A stretch of 64,000 nt of DNA. It comes from Syntrophales bacterium (lineage in GTDB: Bacteria; Desulfobacterota; Syntrophia; Syntrophales; PHBD01). Under the pieces are notes generated by a model, which was not told the DNA's origin, ran no database searches, and saw nothing but the letters and a program-made list of their open reading frames with translations. Both the position numbers and the translations under genes were made by a program. The stretch is from assembly GCA_963668175.1 (NCBI GenBank), contig OY764159.1, forward strand, positions 320,001 through 384,000, read 5' to 3'. Every line of letters starts with the position of its first letter. Within the stretch, counting starts at the first letter, position 1. Below, piece after piece: positions 1 through 10,514 of this stretch.

Positions 1-163
1 CAACTTGAAATAGATCATGAATTCGGCGCCTTTGGTGCAGATCGTTCATTATCGCAGTATGCAGGACCGCCGCACTCTTCGCGGCAGACGATCACTTTTA
101 CCCGCAGGTTCCGGGGGGACGGCGTCCGGTACTCGCTTTTCGCCTCGGCAAAGAATGATATCG

Positions 164-910
164 TCAAGACTTCCAACGGGAAACCAGCCGCACGATCCGG
201 CTGAAATTGGCATTTACCACAGACTGGGGGGATTTAAGAAATGCAATTTCCTGCTTCATGATGGATTTGGGGACAAGCTCGTCCTGGGAGATCCATCCGA
301 GATAATCCAGTGAAAACCCTAAAAATCTTTTGCAGATGGAATCGAGATGGCCGTATATTTTATCGGCTTCCTTTTCATTGGCCGTGGAGTTGACGACGAC
401 GCTGAATGTATCCCGCCCGAAGACCTGAAACATAACCTTCACCATGGCATAGGCGTCCGTCAGGCAGGTGAGTTCTCGATTGATGATCAGGATGTTCTTT
501 GCCGCCAGTAGGTTAAACTGCAGGACCATTTCGGATATGCCGGCGCCGGTATCCAGAAGGATTACGTCGTAGTCCTGGAAGGAGAGGATCAATTCCTTGA
601 TGGTCTCGATCTTTTCGAACATCAGCTGGGCCATTTCCCGAACGCCGGAGCTTGCCGGTATCAGGTCGAAGCCGCCCTTGGTGCCAACGATGACCTTGCT
701 CAGTTCGACATCGCCGAAGATGATATCTTTCATGGTATGGACGGGATTGATTCCCAGCATGACATCCATGTTGGCAAGCCCCAGATCGCAATCTACAACG
801 AGGACCTTCTTGCCCGCCTGGACCAGTCCCGCGGCGAGGTTGACCGTCACGAATGTCTTGCCGACGCCGCCTTTCCCGCTGGTGATCGATGCTATTAGAG
901 GTTTTTTCAT
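164..910 (-). CDS. FlhG/FleN/MinD-family ATPase
   Basis: Deviant Walker A SGKGGVGKT, DCDLGLAN, DTGAGI, DAYAMVK and a short amphipathic C-terminus. Start placed at ATG 910 behind GAGGAG (track start 964). Confidence 0.85.
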   Translation of the reverse strand: MKKPLIASITSGKGGVGKTFVTVNLAAGLVQAGKKVLVVDCDLGLANMDVMLGINPVHTMKDIIFGDVELSKVIVGTKGGFDLIPASSGVREMAQLMFEKIETIKELILSFQDYDVILLDTGAGISEMVLQFNLLAAKNILIINRELTCLTDAYAMVKVMFQVFGRDTFSVVVNSTANEKEADKIYGHLDSICKRFLGFSLDYLGWISQDELVPKSIMKQEIAFLKSPQSVVNANFSRIVRLVSRWKS

Positions 911-964
911 CTTCTCCTCGCTCATCCGTCCTTTACCGGGCATGTATGCAGTACCCGGGGCCAT

Positions 965-1792
965 TTACAGTTTGGTAATCGCCGACCGCTCCTCCGGGCT
1001 CAGGGCCGTTTCATCCGGGAATCTTTTCTTCACTTCTTCCGCGTAGGCGATCCTGTTCTTCCCCTCCCGTTTGGCCCGATACAGCTCTTCGTCGGCCTTC
1101 TTGAAGAACTCTTCCGGAGTCTGCCGGGACTGCGGTTCATAATCGGCCATGCCGACACTGATCGAGATTTGTTTCTTGACCTTCAATCTCATCCTGGCGA
1201 TTTCCCGGTTGACGGCAGCCTGGATACGGACGGCAATACGGACTCCTTCCGCCAGCCCCGCCGAAGGCATGATGGCCGCGAATTCGTCGCCGCCAAAGCG
1301 GCAGGCATAATCGGTGGGGCGCAGATTGTCCTGCAGGACCTTACCCATCCGGACCAGGAAACGATCTCCGGCATCGTGGCCGGCTGTATCGTTGATCAAT
1401 TTAAAATTATCGAAATCTATCATGATGAGACAACACGCATGCCCTGTGCGCCTCGTTCTTGCCATCTCCATCTTGAGCTGCATCGTGAAGAAACGCCTGT
1501 TGAAAAGGCCGGTCAGATCGTCCGTCAGGAGGAGGGAACGCAAATGGCGGTTTTCCTTTTCCATGTTCATCAATTGGCGGAGGTCGGATTTTTTAGCACC
1601 GATGACGAGAGGGACGCGTCTGTTCAGAATTTTGCGGTCTTCCTCGCTGAGATCTTCCACCAGGGCGATGAACAGTTCGGGATTCCTGTCTTTTCTGGAA
1701 CTGAGCCAGGCGGCGAAAGCGTCCGTCCGACGCAGGAGATCGTAAAAGGAGGGTCCGGAAGTTTTATTATTGTTGATTCTCTTGGCTGTCAA
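965..1792 (-). CDS. GGDEF diguanylate cyclase
   Basis: TDDLTGLFNRR, DFDNFKLIND, GHDAGD, RFGGDEF; RxxD I-site (RPTD) five residues before the GGDEF. Confidence 0.9.
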   Translation of the reverse strand: MTAKRINNNKTSGPSFYDLLRRTDAFAAWLSSRKDRNPELFIALVEDLSEEDRKILNRRVPLVIGAKKSDLRQLMNMEKENRHLRSLLLTDDLTGLFNRRFFTMQLKMEMARTRRTGHACCLIMIDFDNFKLINDTAGHDAGDRFLVRMGKVLQDNLRPTDYACRFGGDEFAAIMPSAGLAEGVRIAVRIQAAVNREIARMRLKVKKQISISVGMADYEPQSRQTPEEFFKKADEELYRAKREGKNRIAYAEEVKKRFPDETALSPEERSAITKL

Positions 1793-1924
1793 TGCGACCT
1801 TCGTCGTCTCTTTTCATGGCCTGTCATGATCTGTATGCGCATCCCATCTGTCTGTTGTTATGTAACATACCCGCCCTGACGTGTGCAAGGGCGAATATCC
1901 GCGACGGCCGCTGTACCGGCAACG

Positions 1925-3625
1925 CTAGTCGCAATCGGCACCGATGGCCTTTTCGTATTCTCTGCGGAGAAGCGATTTGGCCGTACCGTAATCGATAAAA
2001 TCCCAGGGGAATATTTCGTCAGCAGGCTTCGGACGATAGACAAAGAAGTCCGGATTCATGTCGGTTTCCTTAAGTGCCCGCGTCCAATCTCCCCCGCATG
2101 CATGGACGGCCAGCAGGATTTTGGCGACCCGCCGGTCCCCCAGGGAGAGAAGGGCCTGGATATAGTTCCATTTGGGGAGATCGTGAATGACGGAGATGCT
2201 GCGGTCTTTCTTCAAGGCCTCCTTGATCTTCCGGATTCTTGTCTTGACGACCGTCGTATCTTCCAGGGGATGCCACTGAAAAGGGGTCGCCGGTTTGGGT
2301 ATGAACTGATTGATGCTGACCGTGATTTTTCGGAAACGCTTCTTTCCCGATGAAGCTTTAACAGCCTGATGCTGAACCTTCTTCACCAGCTGAACGATCA
2401 TATCGATATCGTCGTCCGTCTCCATGGGAAGCCCAACCATAAAATAGAAGCGGATCGAGAGAATGCCGGCATGGACGATGAGTTCGGCGGCATTCAGGAT
2501 ATGCGCCTCCGTGATGCCTTTGCCGAGGGAATCCCTCAATCTCTGGCTTCCTGCCTCGGGCGCCAGCGAGACGGTATCGACGCCCGATTCCTGCAGCAGG
2601 CCGACTGTCTCTTTCGTGATGCGGTCCAGGCGGAGAGAGCCGATGGACACCCGGCCGCCTTCATCCATGACGGTCCGGCACAGTCGGCCAAGCTGAGGAT
2701 GGTCTGAAACGGCCGTACCGAGCAGTCCGATTCTCTTGCCGTAACCTATCCCCTGCCGGAAAGACTCTTCCAGGGTTGCCGGTTTTCTGAATCTTGGCGG
2801 TCTGTAGATAAAACCGGCAGCACAGAAGCGGCACCCGCGACGGCACCCGCGGCTGACTTCCGTGAGGTACATGTCGCCGAATTCCGAATCGGCCGGAATA
2901 ATTTTCTGGCTGGTGGCAAAGGCATCGATGTCTTTGATCCAGCGCCGGGCGACCACCCAGGGAATCGCCGAATCGACGGGCTCGAAGCCGGCAATGGCCG
3001 CCTCTTTTCCATATGATACGGCATAGAGTCCGGGCACATAGATCCCTTCGATCGTCCGTTGAACGCGCAGGAGAGCCTCCGCCTTCGACAGGCCTTGCCG
3101 TCTGGCTTCGCCCCAGGCCTGCATGAATTCCGGCAGGACCTCTTCAGCTTCTCCGATGATGAAGAGATCGAAGAAATCGGCCAGCGGTTCCGGATTCATG
3201 GTCACGGATATGCCACCGCCGACGATGAGTGGATGGCCCTCTCCACGTTCGGAAGACTCCAGGGGAATTCTGGCCAGATCCAGTATTTTTAATATATTGG
3301 GGTAGTCGTTTTCAAAAGAAAGGGAAAAGGCGACGATGTCGAATTCATTTAAAGGACTTTGTGTCTCGATGCTGAGCAGGGGGCTCCGGACACGAAGGAG
3401 TTCTTCTTCGATGTGAACTTCCGGCAGAAAGGCCCTTTCGCACAAACCGGCCGGCTGCCTGTTGATGATGTCGTATACGGTTTGAAAGCCGAGATTGGCC
3501 ATCCCCACGCGATAAACATTCGGATAGACCAAACATACGGAAAGACCTTCTCCCCGCGCTTTCTGCTCGTAACCTTTCTCCCGGGCCAGCAATTCCCGGT
3601 GGCTTTTTTTTATGGTCCAGGACAT
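1925..3625 (-). CDS. Radical SAM protein (B12-binding/YgiQ-like group)
   Basis: EVSRGCRRGCRFC CxxxCxxC, YPNVYRVGMANLG, APEAGSQRLR, FIPKPATPFQW. Start at MSWTIKK is estimated. Confidence 0.8.
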   Translation of the reverse strand: MSWTIKKSHRELLAREKGYEQKARGEGLSVCLVYPNVYRVGMANLGFQTVYDIINRQPAGLCERAFLPEVHIEEELLRVRSPLLSIETQSPLNEFDIVAFSLSFENDYPNILKILDLARIPLESSERGEGHPLIVGGGISVTMNPEPLADFFDLFIIGEAEEVLPEFMQAWGEARRQGLSKAEALLRVQRTIEGIYVPGLYAVSYGKEAAIAGFEPVDSAIPWVVARRWIKDIDAFATSQKIIPADSEFGDMYLTEVSRGCRRGCRFCAAGFIYRPPRFRKPATLEESFRQGIGYGKRIGLLGTAVSDHPQLGRLCRTVMDEGGRVSIGSLRLDRITKETVGLLQESGVDTVSLAPEAGSQRLRDSLGKGITEAHILNAAELIVHAGILSIRFYFMVGLPMETDDDIDMIVQLVKKVQHQAVKASSGKKRFRKITVSINQFIPKPATPFQWHPLEDTTVVKTRIRKIKEALKKDRSISVIHDLPKWNYIQALLSLGDRRVAKILLAVHACGGDWTRALKETDMNPDFFVYRPKPADEIFPWDFIDYGTAKSLLRREYEKAIGADCD

Positions 3626-3707
3626 AGCATCAACCGTCCGCTGCTGTCTGCATCCCTGTTTGGCGGGAACAGGCACGCATCGCGCCGACCATGTCCTGTT
3701 CCGCCGA

Positions 3708-4862
3708 TCAGTCTGCCTGTTTTCTCAAGAATGTCGGAATCTCTATATCGGCCGTATGGTCATCGATCATACCCATCTTAACGACCGTCATATTCTCCAT
3801 CTTCTCTATCGCCCTCTCTTTTCTCAAATAGGCGGGGACAGAGAGATCTTCCTTCTTGAACGACCCCATGTGGGCCACGTTTTGCGGTTTATCTTTTTTC
3901 AGCCGCTGTTCGTCGAATCCCGTGGCGATCAGGGTGATGCGGATATCGTCGCCCATCGTGTCGTCGATCACCGTTCCGAAGATAATGTTCGCGTCCTCAT
4001 GGGCTTCCGCGTGGATCAGCGAAGAAGCCTCGTTGACTTCATAAAGGGTCATATCGGGACCGCCGGTGATGTTGAGAAGAATGCCCTGAGCCCCCTGTAT
4101 CGTATTGTCTTCGAGAAGAGGCGACGAGATGGCCTTTTGCGCGGCTTCGACGGCCCGGTTCTCTCCTCTGGCTATACCGGTGCCCATGAGCGCCATGCCC
4201 ATCTGGGACATGATATTTTTCACATCGGCAAAGTCAAGGTTAATGTATCCGGGGATGATAATCAAGTCGGAGATTCCCTTGACGGCGTGATACAGGATGT
4301 CGTCCGCCTTCTTGAAGGCATCCAGGAGGGACAGGCTCCGTCCGCCGATGCTCATCAGTCTTTGATTGGGAATGACGATCAGCGTGTCGACGATTTTTTT
4401 CATTTCGATCACGCCGTCTTCCGCCTGCTGATTTCTCCGCTTCCCTTCAAACTGGAAAGGCTTGGTCACGACGCCGACCGTCAGCGCCCCGACCTCTTTG
4501 GCGATTTCCGCAACGATAGGAGCGCCCCCCGTGCCTGTCCCGCCTCCCAGGCCGGCGGTGATGAAGACCATATCGGCGCCTTCCAGATGGGACAGCAGGA
4601 TATCCCGGGTTTCGATGGTTGCTTTCTTCCCGATTTCGGGGTTGGCGCCAGCGCCGAGCCCTTTGGTCGTCTCGAGACCAAGCTGGAGCTTGACGGGTGC
4701 CGAGGAGGCCCCCAGCGCCTGGGCGTCCGTGTTGGCGGCAATGAAATCAACGCCCACCAGATTATAGGAAATCATGGTGTTCAAGGCATTGCCCCCGCCG
4801 CCTCCTATGCCGATTACCTTGATTTTTGCCGTTGTGTTGCCGATGTCTGATAATTCGAACAT
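3708..4862 (-). CDS. ftsZ: Cell division GTPase FtsZ
   Basis: GGGTGTGG tubulin signature, NLDFADV, C-terminal IPTFLRKQAD. Confidence 0.99.
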   Translation of the reverse strand: MFELSDIGNTTAKIKVIGIGGGGGNALNTMISYNLVGVDFIAANTDAQALGASSAPVKLQLGLETTKGLGAGANPEIGKKATIETRDILLSHLEGADMVFITAGLGGGTGTGGAPIVAEIAKEVGALTVGVVTKPFQFEGKRRNQQAEDGVIEMKKIVDTLIVIPNQRLMSIGGRSLSLLDAFKKADDILYHAVKGISDLIIIPGYINLDFADVKNIMSQMGMALMGTGIARGENRAVEAAQKAISSPLLEDNTIQGAQGILLNITGGPDMTLYEVNEASSLIHAEAHEDANIIFGTVIDDTMGDDIRITLIATGFDEQRLKKDKPQNVAHMGSFKKEDLSVPAYLRKERAIEKMENMTVVKMGMIDDHTADIEIPTFLRKQAD

Positions 4863-4877
4863 AATTAGACCTCCCCT

Positions 4878-6107
4878 TTAGAAAAATTCTAAGAACCATT
4901 GCTTAACTTTTTTTGTCAGCCGATTGGACACGGAACGTTCCGCCTTGCTGCTGCGGTCCGACGTGTTCTTCCTGTTTCCGTATACAACCAGACCCACGGC
5001 GGCAGCATACATAGGACTGTTGACGATATCGGTCAGGCCTCCCACGCCGGTGGGACTTCCTCTCCTGACCGGCATATGAAAGATCCTTTCCGTTAATTCC
5101 ACAATACCTTCGATGATGGCCGTTCCTCCGGTCAGCACAATGCCGGCCGCCAGGAGATCGTCGAATCCTGAACGGACAATCTCCTTGTGGGCCATCGAAA
5201 TGATCTCCTCCATACGGGCCTCGATGATCCGGCAAAGGATCTGGCGGGAGACTTCCCGGGGGTCCCGTCCTCCCACGCTCGATACCTCGATAGTCTCATC
5301 CCGGGCGATCAGCGGGCCGTAAGCGCAGCCATATTTGATCTTCAATTTCTCCGCTTCGGCAACGGGCGTTCTTAAACCCGTGGCGATGTCGTTCGTCAGG
5401 TAATTGCCTCCGACGGGAATCACTGCCGTATGTTGAATGCTGCCGTTGGCAAAAACGGCGATATCCGTCGTTCCGCCGCCGATGTCTATGAGGGCCACGC
5501 CCAGGTCTTTCTCGTCGTCGCTCAGTACGGCGTCGCTCGTGGCAAGCTGCTGGAGAATGACGTCGTTGATGTCGAGACCGACCCGGTTGACGGACTTGAT
5601 GATATTCTGAATCGAGGTGACGGAACCGGTAACGATGTGGACCTTGGCTTCAAGACGGACGCCGGACATCCCCACGGGAACCTTGATGCCGTCCTGATCG
5701 TCGACGATGAAGTTCTGCGGCAGGACATGGAGTATCTCCCGGTCAAGCGGGATGGCAATGGCTTTGGCTGCGTCAACGGCCCTCTGCACATCCTCTTCAT
5801 CGACTTCGCGGCCTTTAACGGCTACGATCCCCAAGCTGTTCTGTCCCTGGATGTGCCCGCCGGCAACTCCCGCGTAAACGGAGCTGATCTCGCACCCCGA
5901 CATATGTTCGGCTTCTTCAACGGCCCTTTTAATGGCGTTGACCGTACTTTCGATATTGACAACAACACCCTTTCTTAAGCCCTGTGAGGGATGGGAACCG
6001 ATACCTATGATATCGACGCCGGCGTCCGTTATCTCTCCCACGACGACGCATGTCTTGGTCGTTCCAACATCGAGACCTACAATCAGTCTGCTTTTTTTCT
6101 TTGCCAT
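4878..6107 (-). CDS. ftsA: Cell division protein FtsA
   Basis: GLDVGTTK, DIGGGTTD, amphipathic WFLEFF tail; adjacent to ftsZ. Confidence 0.98.
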   Translation of the reverse strand: MAKKKSRLIVGLDVGTTKTCVVVGEITDAGVDIIGIGSHPSQGLRKGVVVNIESTVNAIKRAVEEAEHMSGCEISSVYAGVAGGHIQGQNSLGIVAVKGREVDEEDVQRAVDAAKAIAIPLDREILHVLPQNFIVDDQDGIKVPVGMSGVRLEAKVHIVTGSVTSIQNIIKSVNRVGLDINDVILQQLATSDAVLSDDEKDLGVALIDIGGGTTDIAVFANGSIQHTAVIPVGGNYLTNDIATGLRTPVAEAEKLKIKYGCAYGPLIARDETIEVSSVGGRDPREVSRQILCRIIEARMEEIISMAHKEIVRSGFDDLLAAGIVLTGGTAIIEGIVELTERIFHMPVRRGSPTGVGGLTDIVNSPMYAAAVGLVVYGNRKNTSDRSSKAERSVSNRLTKKVKQWFLEFF

Positions 6108-6175
6108 CGACTTACCCCCGTATCCGCCGCCGGATATCCATCCAACCGCAACCGGCCGACAGTTTTTCCGGCCCC

Positions 6176-7030
6176 CTAAATCCTATGTCCTTTCTTCGAT
6201 TCCGCAGATTCTGCGGCTATAGATACATTTTTCCATTTCACCGTTACCTTTTCAGGGTCGCTGAGATCTATATTGGAGTATGCCAGTTTGAAATTCTTGG
6301 CCTCCAGATCCGCGATCACGGCATTCAATCGGGACAGCTTGTTTTCAAATCCGTCAAAACCAAGATGGAGACAAATGCCTTTATCCGTAAAAACCGAAAC
6401 GCCCAGGGTATCGCTGTTATGTACCTCCGATATGTTGCTGGCCTGCGGAAATGTTTTCGAGGCAGCCGCATACTTCAAAAGATCCATGGTCTTCTTAAGG
6501 ATTTGCGTGTTATCTTTGTTTTCGCTCTGATAACCCGTTAACACTGGCAGGTCCGCCTCATCGGCCGTCTCGACCTTTTTGATGGGGTTACCTTCCGTAT
6601 CCATGAGAAAGAACCCCTCTTCCTTCTTGATGACCGCCAGCGCTTTTTTCTCGCGAATTTCGATAATCAGCCGGCTCGGAAGCTCACGGCTGACCGTTAC
6701 ATCTTTGATCCACGGGTTCTCTCTGATCTTATTGGAAGTAACACGTACATTCACCGCAAGAAGACTTTGCGGCGATCTGAGCGAAGCAAGCGAGAGTACG
6801 TCCTTCTCCGTAACTTCCTTGCAGCCGCGGACGACCGTCTCCTTGATCCAGAAATAGGGCGAACTGATCAGGATGTTCGCTCCGTAAATCAGGACGGCCC
6901 CGACCAGGGATATGGCGGCAACCAGCATGGTTGCCCTGAATACATCCCGGGAAATATTTCCGGCCCTCCTTCTGAGGCGGCTTTTTACAGTCAGGAACCG
7001 CGCCCGCATCGATCTCTTCATAAAGCTCAC
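6176..7030 (-). CDS. ftsQ: Cell division protein FtsQ/DivIB
   Basis: Basic N-terminus, one TM, POTRA-like PWIKDVTVSRELPSRLIIEIRE; dcw position. Confidence 0.9.
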   Translation of the reverse strand: MSFMKRSMRARFLTVKSRLRRRAGNISRDVFRATMLVAAISLVGAVLIYGANILISSPYFWIKETVVRGCKEVTEKDVLSLASLRSPQSLLAVNVRVTSNKIRENPWIKDVTVSRELPSRLIIEIREKKALAVIKKEEGFFLMDTEGNPIKKVETADEADLPVLTGYQSENKDNTQILKKTMDLLKYAAASKTFPQASNISEVHNSDTLGVSVFTDKGICLHLGFDGFENKLSRLNAVIADLEAKNFKLAYSNIDLSDPEKVTVKWKNVSIAAESAESKKGHRI

Positions 7031-7956
7031 TCGCCTACGACTTTTACTTCCAGTTCCAGCCCTATCCCCCGCTCTTTGGAAACCCGCTCCTGTACGAGTT
7101 CGATCAGGGCAAGGATATCGGCCGCTTTCGCTCCGCCCGTATTGACGATGAAGTTGCCGTGTTTCTCCGATATCTTGGCTCCGCCTATCGCCGTACCCTT
7201 CAGGCCGATTTCTTCGATTATCCGGCCCGCGGGGACATCTTTGGGATTCTTGAATATGGAACCTGCGTTGCGTTCTCCAAGGGGATGCCTCGCTTTCCGC
7301 CGATCCATAATATCACCGATTTGACGGCGTACATCCCTTTCGGCACCTTTCTCCAGCACGAACGTGGCGGCGGCCACAACGGCCCCTTCCGGTAATTCCA
7401 GGTTCCGATAGGAAAAATGCATTTCGTCCCGGTGCATATCGACCATGGCCCCGCCGCCGGTCAGGATGGATATTTTCGCGACAATGTCCTTCATCTCTCG
7501 CCCGAAGGCTCCGGCATTCATCCTCACGGCACCGCCGACACTCCCGGGAATTCCCGCGCAAAATTCCATCCCCGCAAGGGAAGACCGGGCCGCAAAGTCG
7601 ACAAACTCGGCCAGGGCTATGCCGGCCTCTGCGTAAATGGCTGAAACGTCTCCTTCCTTATCCTCCACGCGGATATTCCTGAGGCCTTTAAGGGATATGA
7701 CAACGCCCCTGATACCTCCGTCCCTGACGATAATATTGGTCCAGTTGCCCACCGGCAGGTATCCGATACCGCGCTCTGAAAGCCGGGATACAATGCGCCG
7801 CAACGCATCGATCGTCCTAGGCATGACCATGACGTCCGCCTTGCCCCCGACACCCATCGACGTATGCTTATGAAGCGGCTCATCCCGTAGGACATCTCCT
7901 AGGTCCAGGTTTTCCATCTCATCCAAAAAGTTTCCAGTAAACCCATTCGCCGGCAT
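7027..7956 (-). CDS. murB: UDP-N-acetylenolpyruvoylglucosamine reductase
   Basis: GIPGSVGGAVRMNAGA, AGSIFKNP, SEKHGNFIVN. Start uncertain. Confidence 0.96.
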   Translation of the reverse strand: MPANGFTGNFLDEMENLDLGDVLRDEPLHKHTSMGVGGKADVMVMPRTIDALRRIVSRLSERGIGYLPVGNWTNIIVRDGGIRGVVISLKGLRNIRVEDKEGDVSAIYAEAGIALAEFVDFAARSSLAGMEFCAGIPGSVGGAVRMNAGAFGREMKDIVAKISILTGGGAMVDMHRDEMHFSYRNLELPEGAVVAAATFVLEKGAERDVRRQIGDIMDRRKARHPLGERNAGSIFKNPKDVPAGRIIEEIGLKGTAIGGAKISEKHGNFIVNTGGAKAADILALIELVQERVSKERGIGLELEVKVVGE

Positions 7957-7958
7957 CG

Positions 7959-9383
7959 TCAGCGCTCTCCCCCATCCGGCCCTGTTTCCGCCCTCTTCTG
8001 CAGGAATGCCTCGCCGATCTTCCAGACGCTGCCGGCACCCTGAGTAATAATCGTGTCCGTCGGCCTCGCCACCTCTTTCAGATAGTCGACGATGGCTTCC
8101 ATCTTCGGCATATAGACGACATGCGGATGCCCCGCCTCCCGGATACCATCGCAGAGGCTCTGCGAGGTGATGCCCGGAATGGGCTCTTCGCTTGCGGCAT
8201 AGATATCCATGACGATCAGGATATCGGCATCTTTAAAGCAGGCAAGGAACTCCTTAAACAGTCCCTTGGTCCGTGTGTAACGGTGGGGCTGAAAGACCAC
8301 GACAAGCCGTCCGTCAGGCCACACTTGCTTTGCCGCCGCTAGCGTCGCCAGGATTTCCGTCGGATGATGTCCGTAATCGTCAACGACCCGGATGCCGCAG
8401 GCGGTCCCTTTCAATTCCAGCCGGCGCTGCACGCCGACAAATGTCTTGATCCCTTCGCAAATGTCGGGAAAAGGCATACCGATCTCAGAGGCAACGGCGA
8501 TCGTTGCCATTGCGTTGTATACGTTGAACATGCCCGGCACTTTCAATTGAACGGCGCCCAGAAGCTGATCCCGGAAATAGAGATCGAACCCGGTTCCGGC
8601 ACCCGTAAACGATACTCGTTCGGCCCGATATTCAGCCGTTTCGGTCAAGCCGTACGTAATGGTTCGTCGCTTGATCATGGGAAAGATTTCCCGGGCATGG
8701 GGGCTGTCGATGCAGAGTACCGTCGAGCCGTAAAAGGGGACGATGTTGGCGAACTGCAGAAAGGCCTCCTTGATGTCCTCGATGTCCCGGTAATGGTCCA
8801 GATGCTCGAGATCAATATTCGTGATGACGGCCAGCGTCGGACCAAGTTTCAGGAAGGAGCGGTCGCTTTCGTCGGCCTCCGCCACAATGATCTCGCCGTC
8901 GCCTATCTTCGCATTGCTGCCGATGCTGGACAGCTTGCCGCCGATGACCATCGTCGGATCGAACTTTCCGTAAGCCAGCACCGTCGAGATCATCGAAGTC
9001 GTCGTCGTTTTGCCGTGGCTTCCCGAAACGGCGATGGAAAACTTCATCTTGAGGAGTTCCGCAAGCATCTCCGCCCGAGGTATCACCGGAATACCTTTTC
9101 TGTGGGCCTCCAAAACCTCCGGATTGTCCTGTCTGACCGCTGTCGACGTGACGACCACGTCGGCCTGCCCGACATTCTCCGCACGATGCCCATTGTGGAC
9201 GACGGCGCCCAGGGATACGAGGCGATAGGTAATGTCCGTCGGATTGAGATCGGAGCCGCTTACATCATACCCCAAATTTAAGAGGACCTCCGCGATACCG
9301 CTCATACCGATGCCGCCGATTCCGACGAAATGAATCCGTCGTACCTTGCGGCGCATCGCATCGATCCGTTGTATCTCTTTCAT
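7959..9383 (-). CDS. murC: UDP-N-acetylmuramate-L-alanine ligase
   Basis: HFVGIGGIGMSG, GSHGKTTTT, EADESD, DDYGHHPTE, FQPHRYTRT. Start estimated. Confidence 0.97.
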   Translation of the reverse strand: MKEIQRIDAMRRKVRRIHFVGIGGIGMSGIAEVLLNLGYDVSGSDLNPTDITYRLVSLGAVVHNGHRAENVGQADVVVTSTAVRQDNPEVLEAHRKGIPVIPRAEMLAELLKMKFSIAVSGSHGKTTTTSMISTVLAYGKFDPTMVIGGKLSSIGSNAKIGDGEIIVAEADESDRSFLKLGPTLAVITNIDLEHLDHYRDIEDIKEAFLQFANIVPFYGSTVLCIDSPHAREIFPMIKRRTITYGLTETAEYRAERVSFTGAGTGFDLYFRDQLLGAVQLKVPGMFNVYNAMATIAVASEIGMPFPDICEGIKTFVGVQRRLELKGTACGIRVVDDYGHHPTEILATLAAAKQVWPDGRLVVVFQPHRYTRTKGLFKEFLACFKDADILIVMDIYAASEEPIPGITSQSLCDGIREAGHPHVVYMPKMEAIVDYLKEVARPTDTIITQGAGSVWKIGEAFLQKRAETGPDGGER

Positions 9384-9396
9384 AGTTAACTCATCC

Positions 9397-10473
9397 TTAA
9401 TGAACCAGCGCCATGCAGGCGTCGACGACATCCGCGGCAGCCCTGGCGTTGCCAAGCTGTGCCGATGCCTGCTCCATTTCCCTTAATGCTTCCGGATGGC
9501 TGTACATATGCTCAATGACCTCAGCCAGACGCCTGCCATTCAGTTCCTGCTGGGGAATCATCCTGGCCGCCCCGCCGCGGACCAGGACCTGGGCGTTCTT
9601 GGTCTGGTGGTCGTTGATGGCATATGGGAAAGGAACCAATATGGAAGCCTTGCCCATGGCCGTGATTTCGGCGATGGAAGTGGCGCCTGCCCTGCAGATC
9701 AGGAGATCGGCCGACCTGTAGGCCGCCGCCATGTCCATAATAAAGGGTTCCACCGACGCCTCGACGCCGTAGCCCTTGTAACCTTTGACGACGCCGTCCC
9801 TGTCGTCCGTACCCGTCTGATGGGTAAACCTGATCCTGTCTTTCAAATGCTGCAGATATTCCAGGGAACCGATAACCGCCTCGTTTACGGCGTGAGCCCC
9901 CTGGCTGCCTCCGAAGACGAGAATCCGGAACAAATCGTCTTTCTTCTCCTCCGCTTTTCCGGAGACGGTGAAATTCGCCCGGATGGGATTGCCGGTAACG
10001 ACGGTTTTCCGTTTGGCAAACCACTTTTCCGTTTCGGCAAAACTTACGAAAATACGTGCGGCAATCCGACCGAGAATTCGATTGGTCAAACCCGGGATGG
10101 CGTTCTGTTCGGCGATCGCGGTTTTTATCCCTCGCAGGAACGCCGCCAGAACAGCCGGCCCGGATGCGTAACCTCCCACACCGATGACGATGGCGGGGTT
10201 GAATTCGCCGATGATCTTAGCCGCCTGCATCAAGCTGCCGGGAATCTTCATAAGAGCCCTTAACGTCTTCGCCAGTCCTCTACCCTTCACGCCTTCGACA
10301 TCGATCGTACGCAAAGTGAAGCCCAAGCCGCCGAGGACTCTTTTTTCCAGTCCGCGGTCCGTACCGACAAAGAGGATCCGATGCCGTTTGTCGCGGCGCA
10401 GAAATTCTTCCGCTATGGCAACACCGGGAAAGAGATGTCCCCCGGTTCCTCCTCCGGCAATTAAAATGTTCAT
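9397..10473 (-). CDS. murG: Lipid II GlcNAc transferase MurG
   Basis: AGGGTGGHLFP, GGYAS, FGGSQGA, CRAGATS, HQTKNA. Confidence 0.97.
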   Translation of the reverse strand: MNILIAGGGTGGHLFPGVAIAEEFLRRDKRHRILFVGTDRGLEKRVLGGLGFTLRTIDVEGVKGRGLAKTLRALMKIPGSLMQAAKIIGEFNPAIVIGVGGYASGPAVLAAFLRGIKTAIAEQNAIPGLTNRILGRIAARIFVSFAETEKWFAKRKTVVTGNPIRANFTVSGKAEEKKDDLFRILVFGGSQGAHAVNEAVIGSLEYLQHLKDRIRFTHQTGTDDRDGVVKGYKGYGVEASVEPFIMDMAAAYRSADLLICRAGATSIAEITAMGKASILVPFPYAINDHQTKNAQVLVRGGAARMIPQQELNGRRLAEVIEHMYSHPEALREMEQASAQLGNARAAADVVDACMALVH

Positions 10474-10514
10474 AAACATCCCGGTTCCAGTCATTTAAAC
10501 CAGTTACAATTTCT

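Noticed and set aside
1..163. Possible start of a minus-strand gene running off the left edge
   Set aside because: Two short candidate frames (MNDLHQ..., MIYFKL...) cannot be distinguished from the available sequence.
947..963. Possible sigma54 site upstream of the FlhG-like gene (TGGCCC...CTGCA)
   Set aside because: The GG-to-GC spacing is one base off the strict -24/-12 requirement.
3612..4850. 412-aa + strand ORF opposite ftsZ
   Set aside because: Antisense shadow typical of GC-biased codon usage; no recognisable domain.
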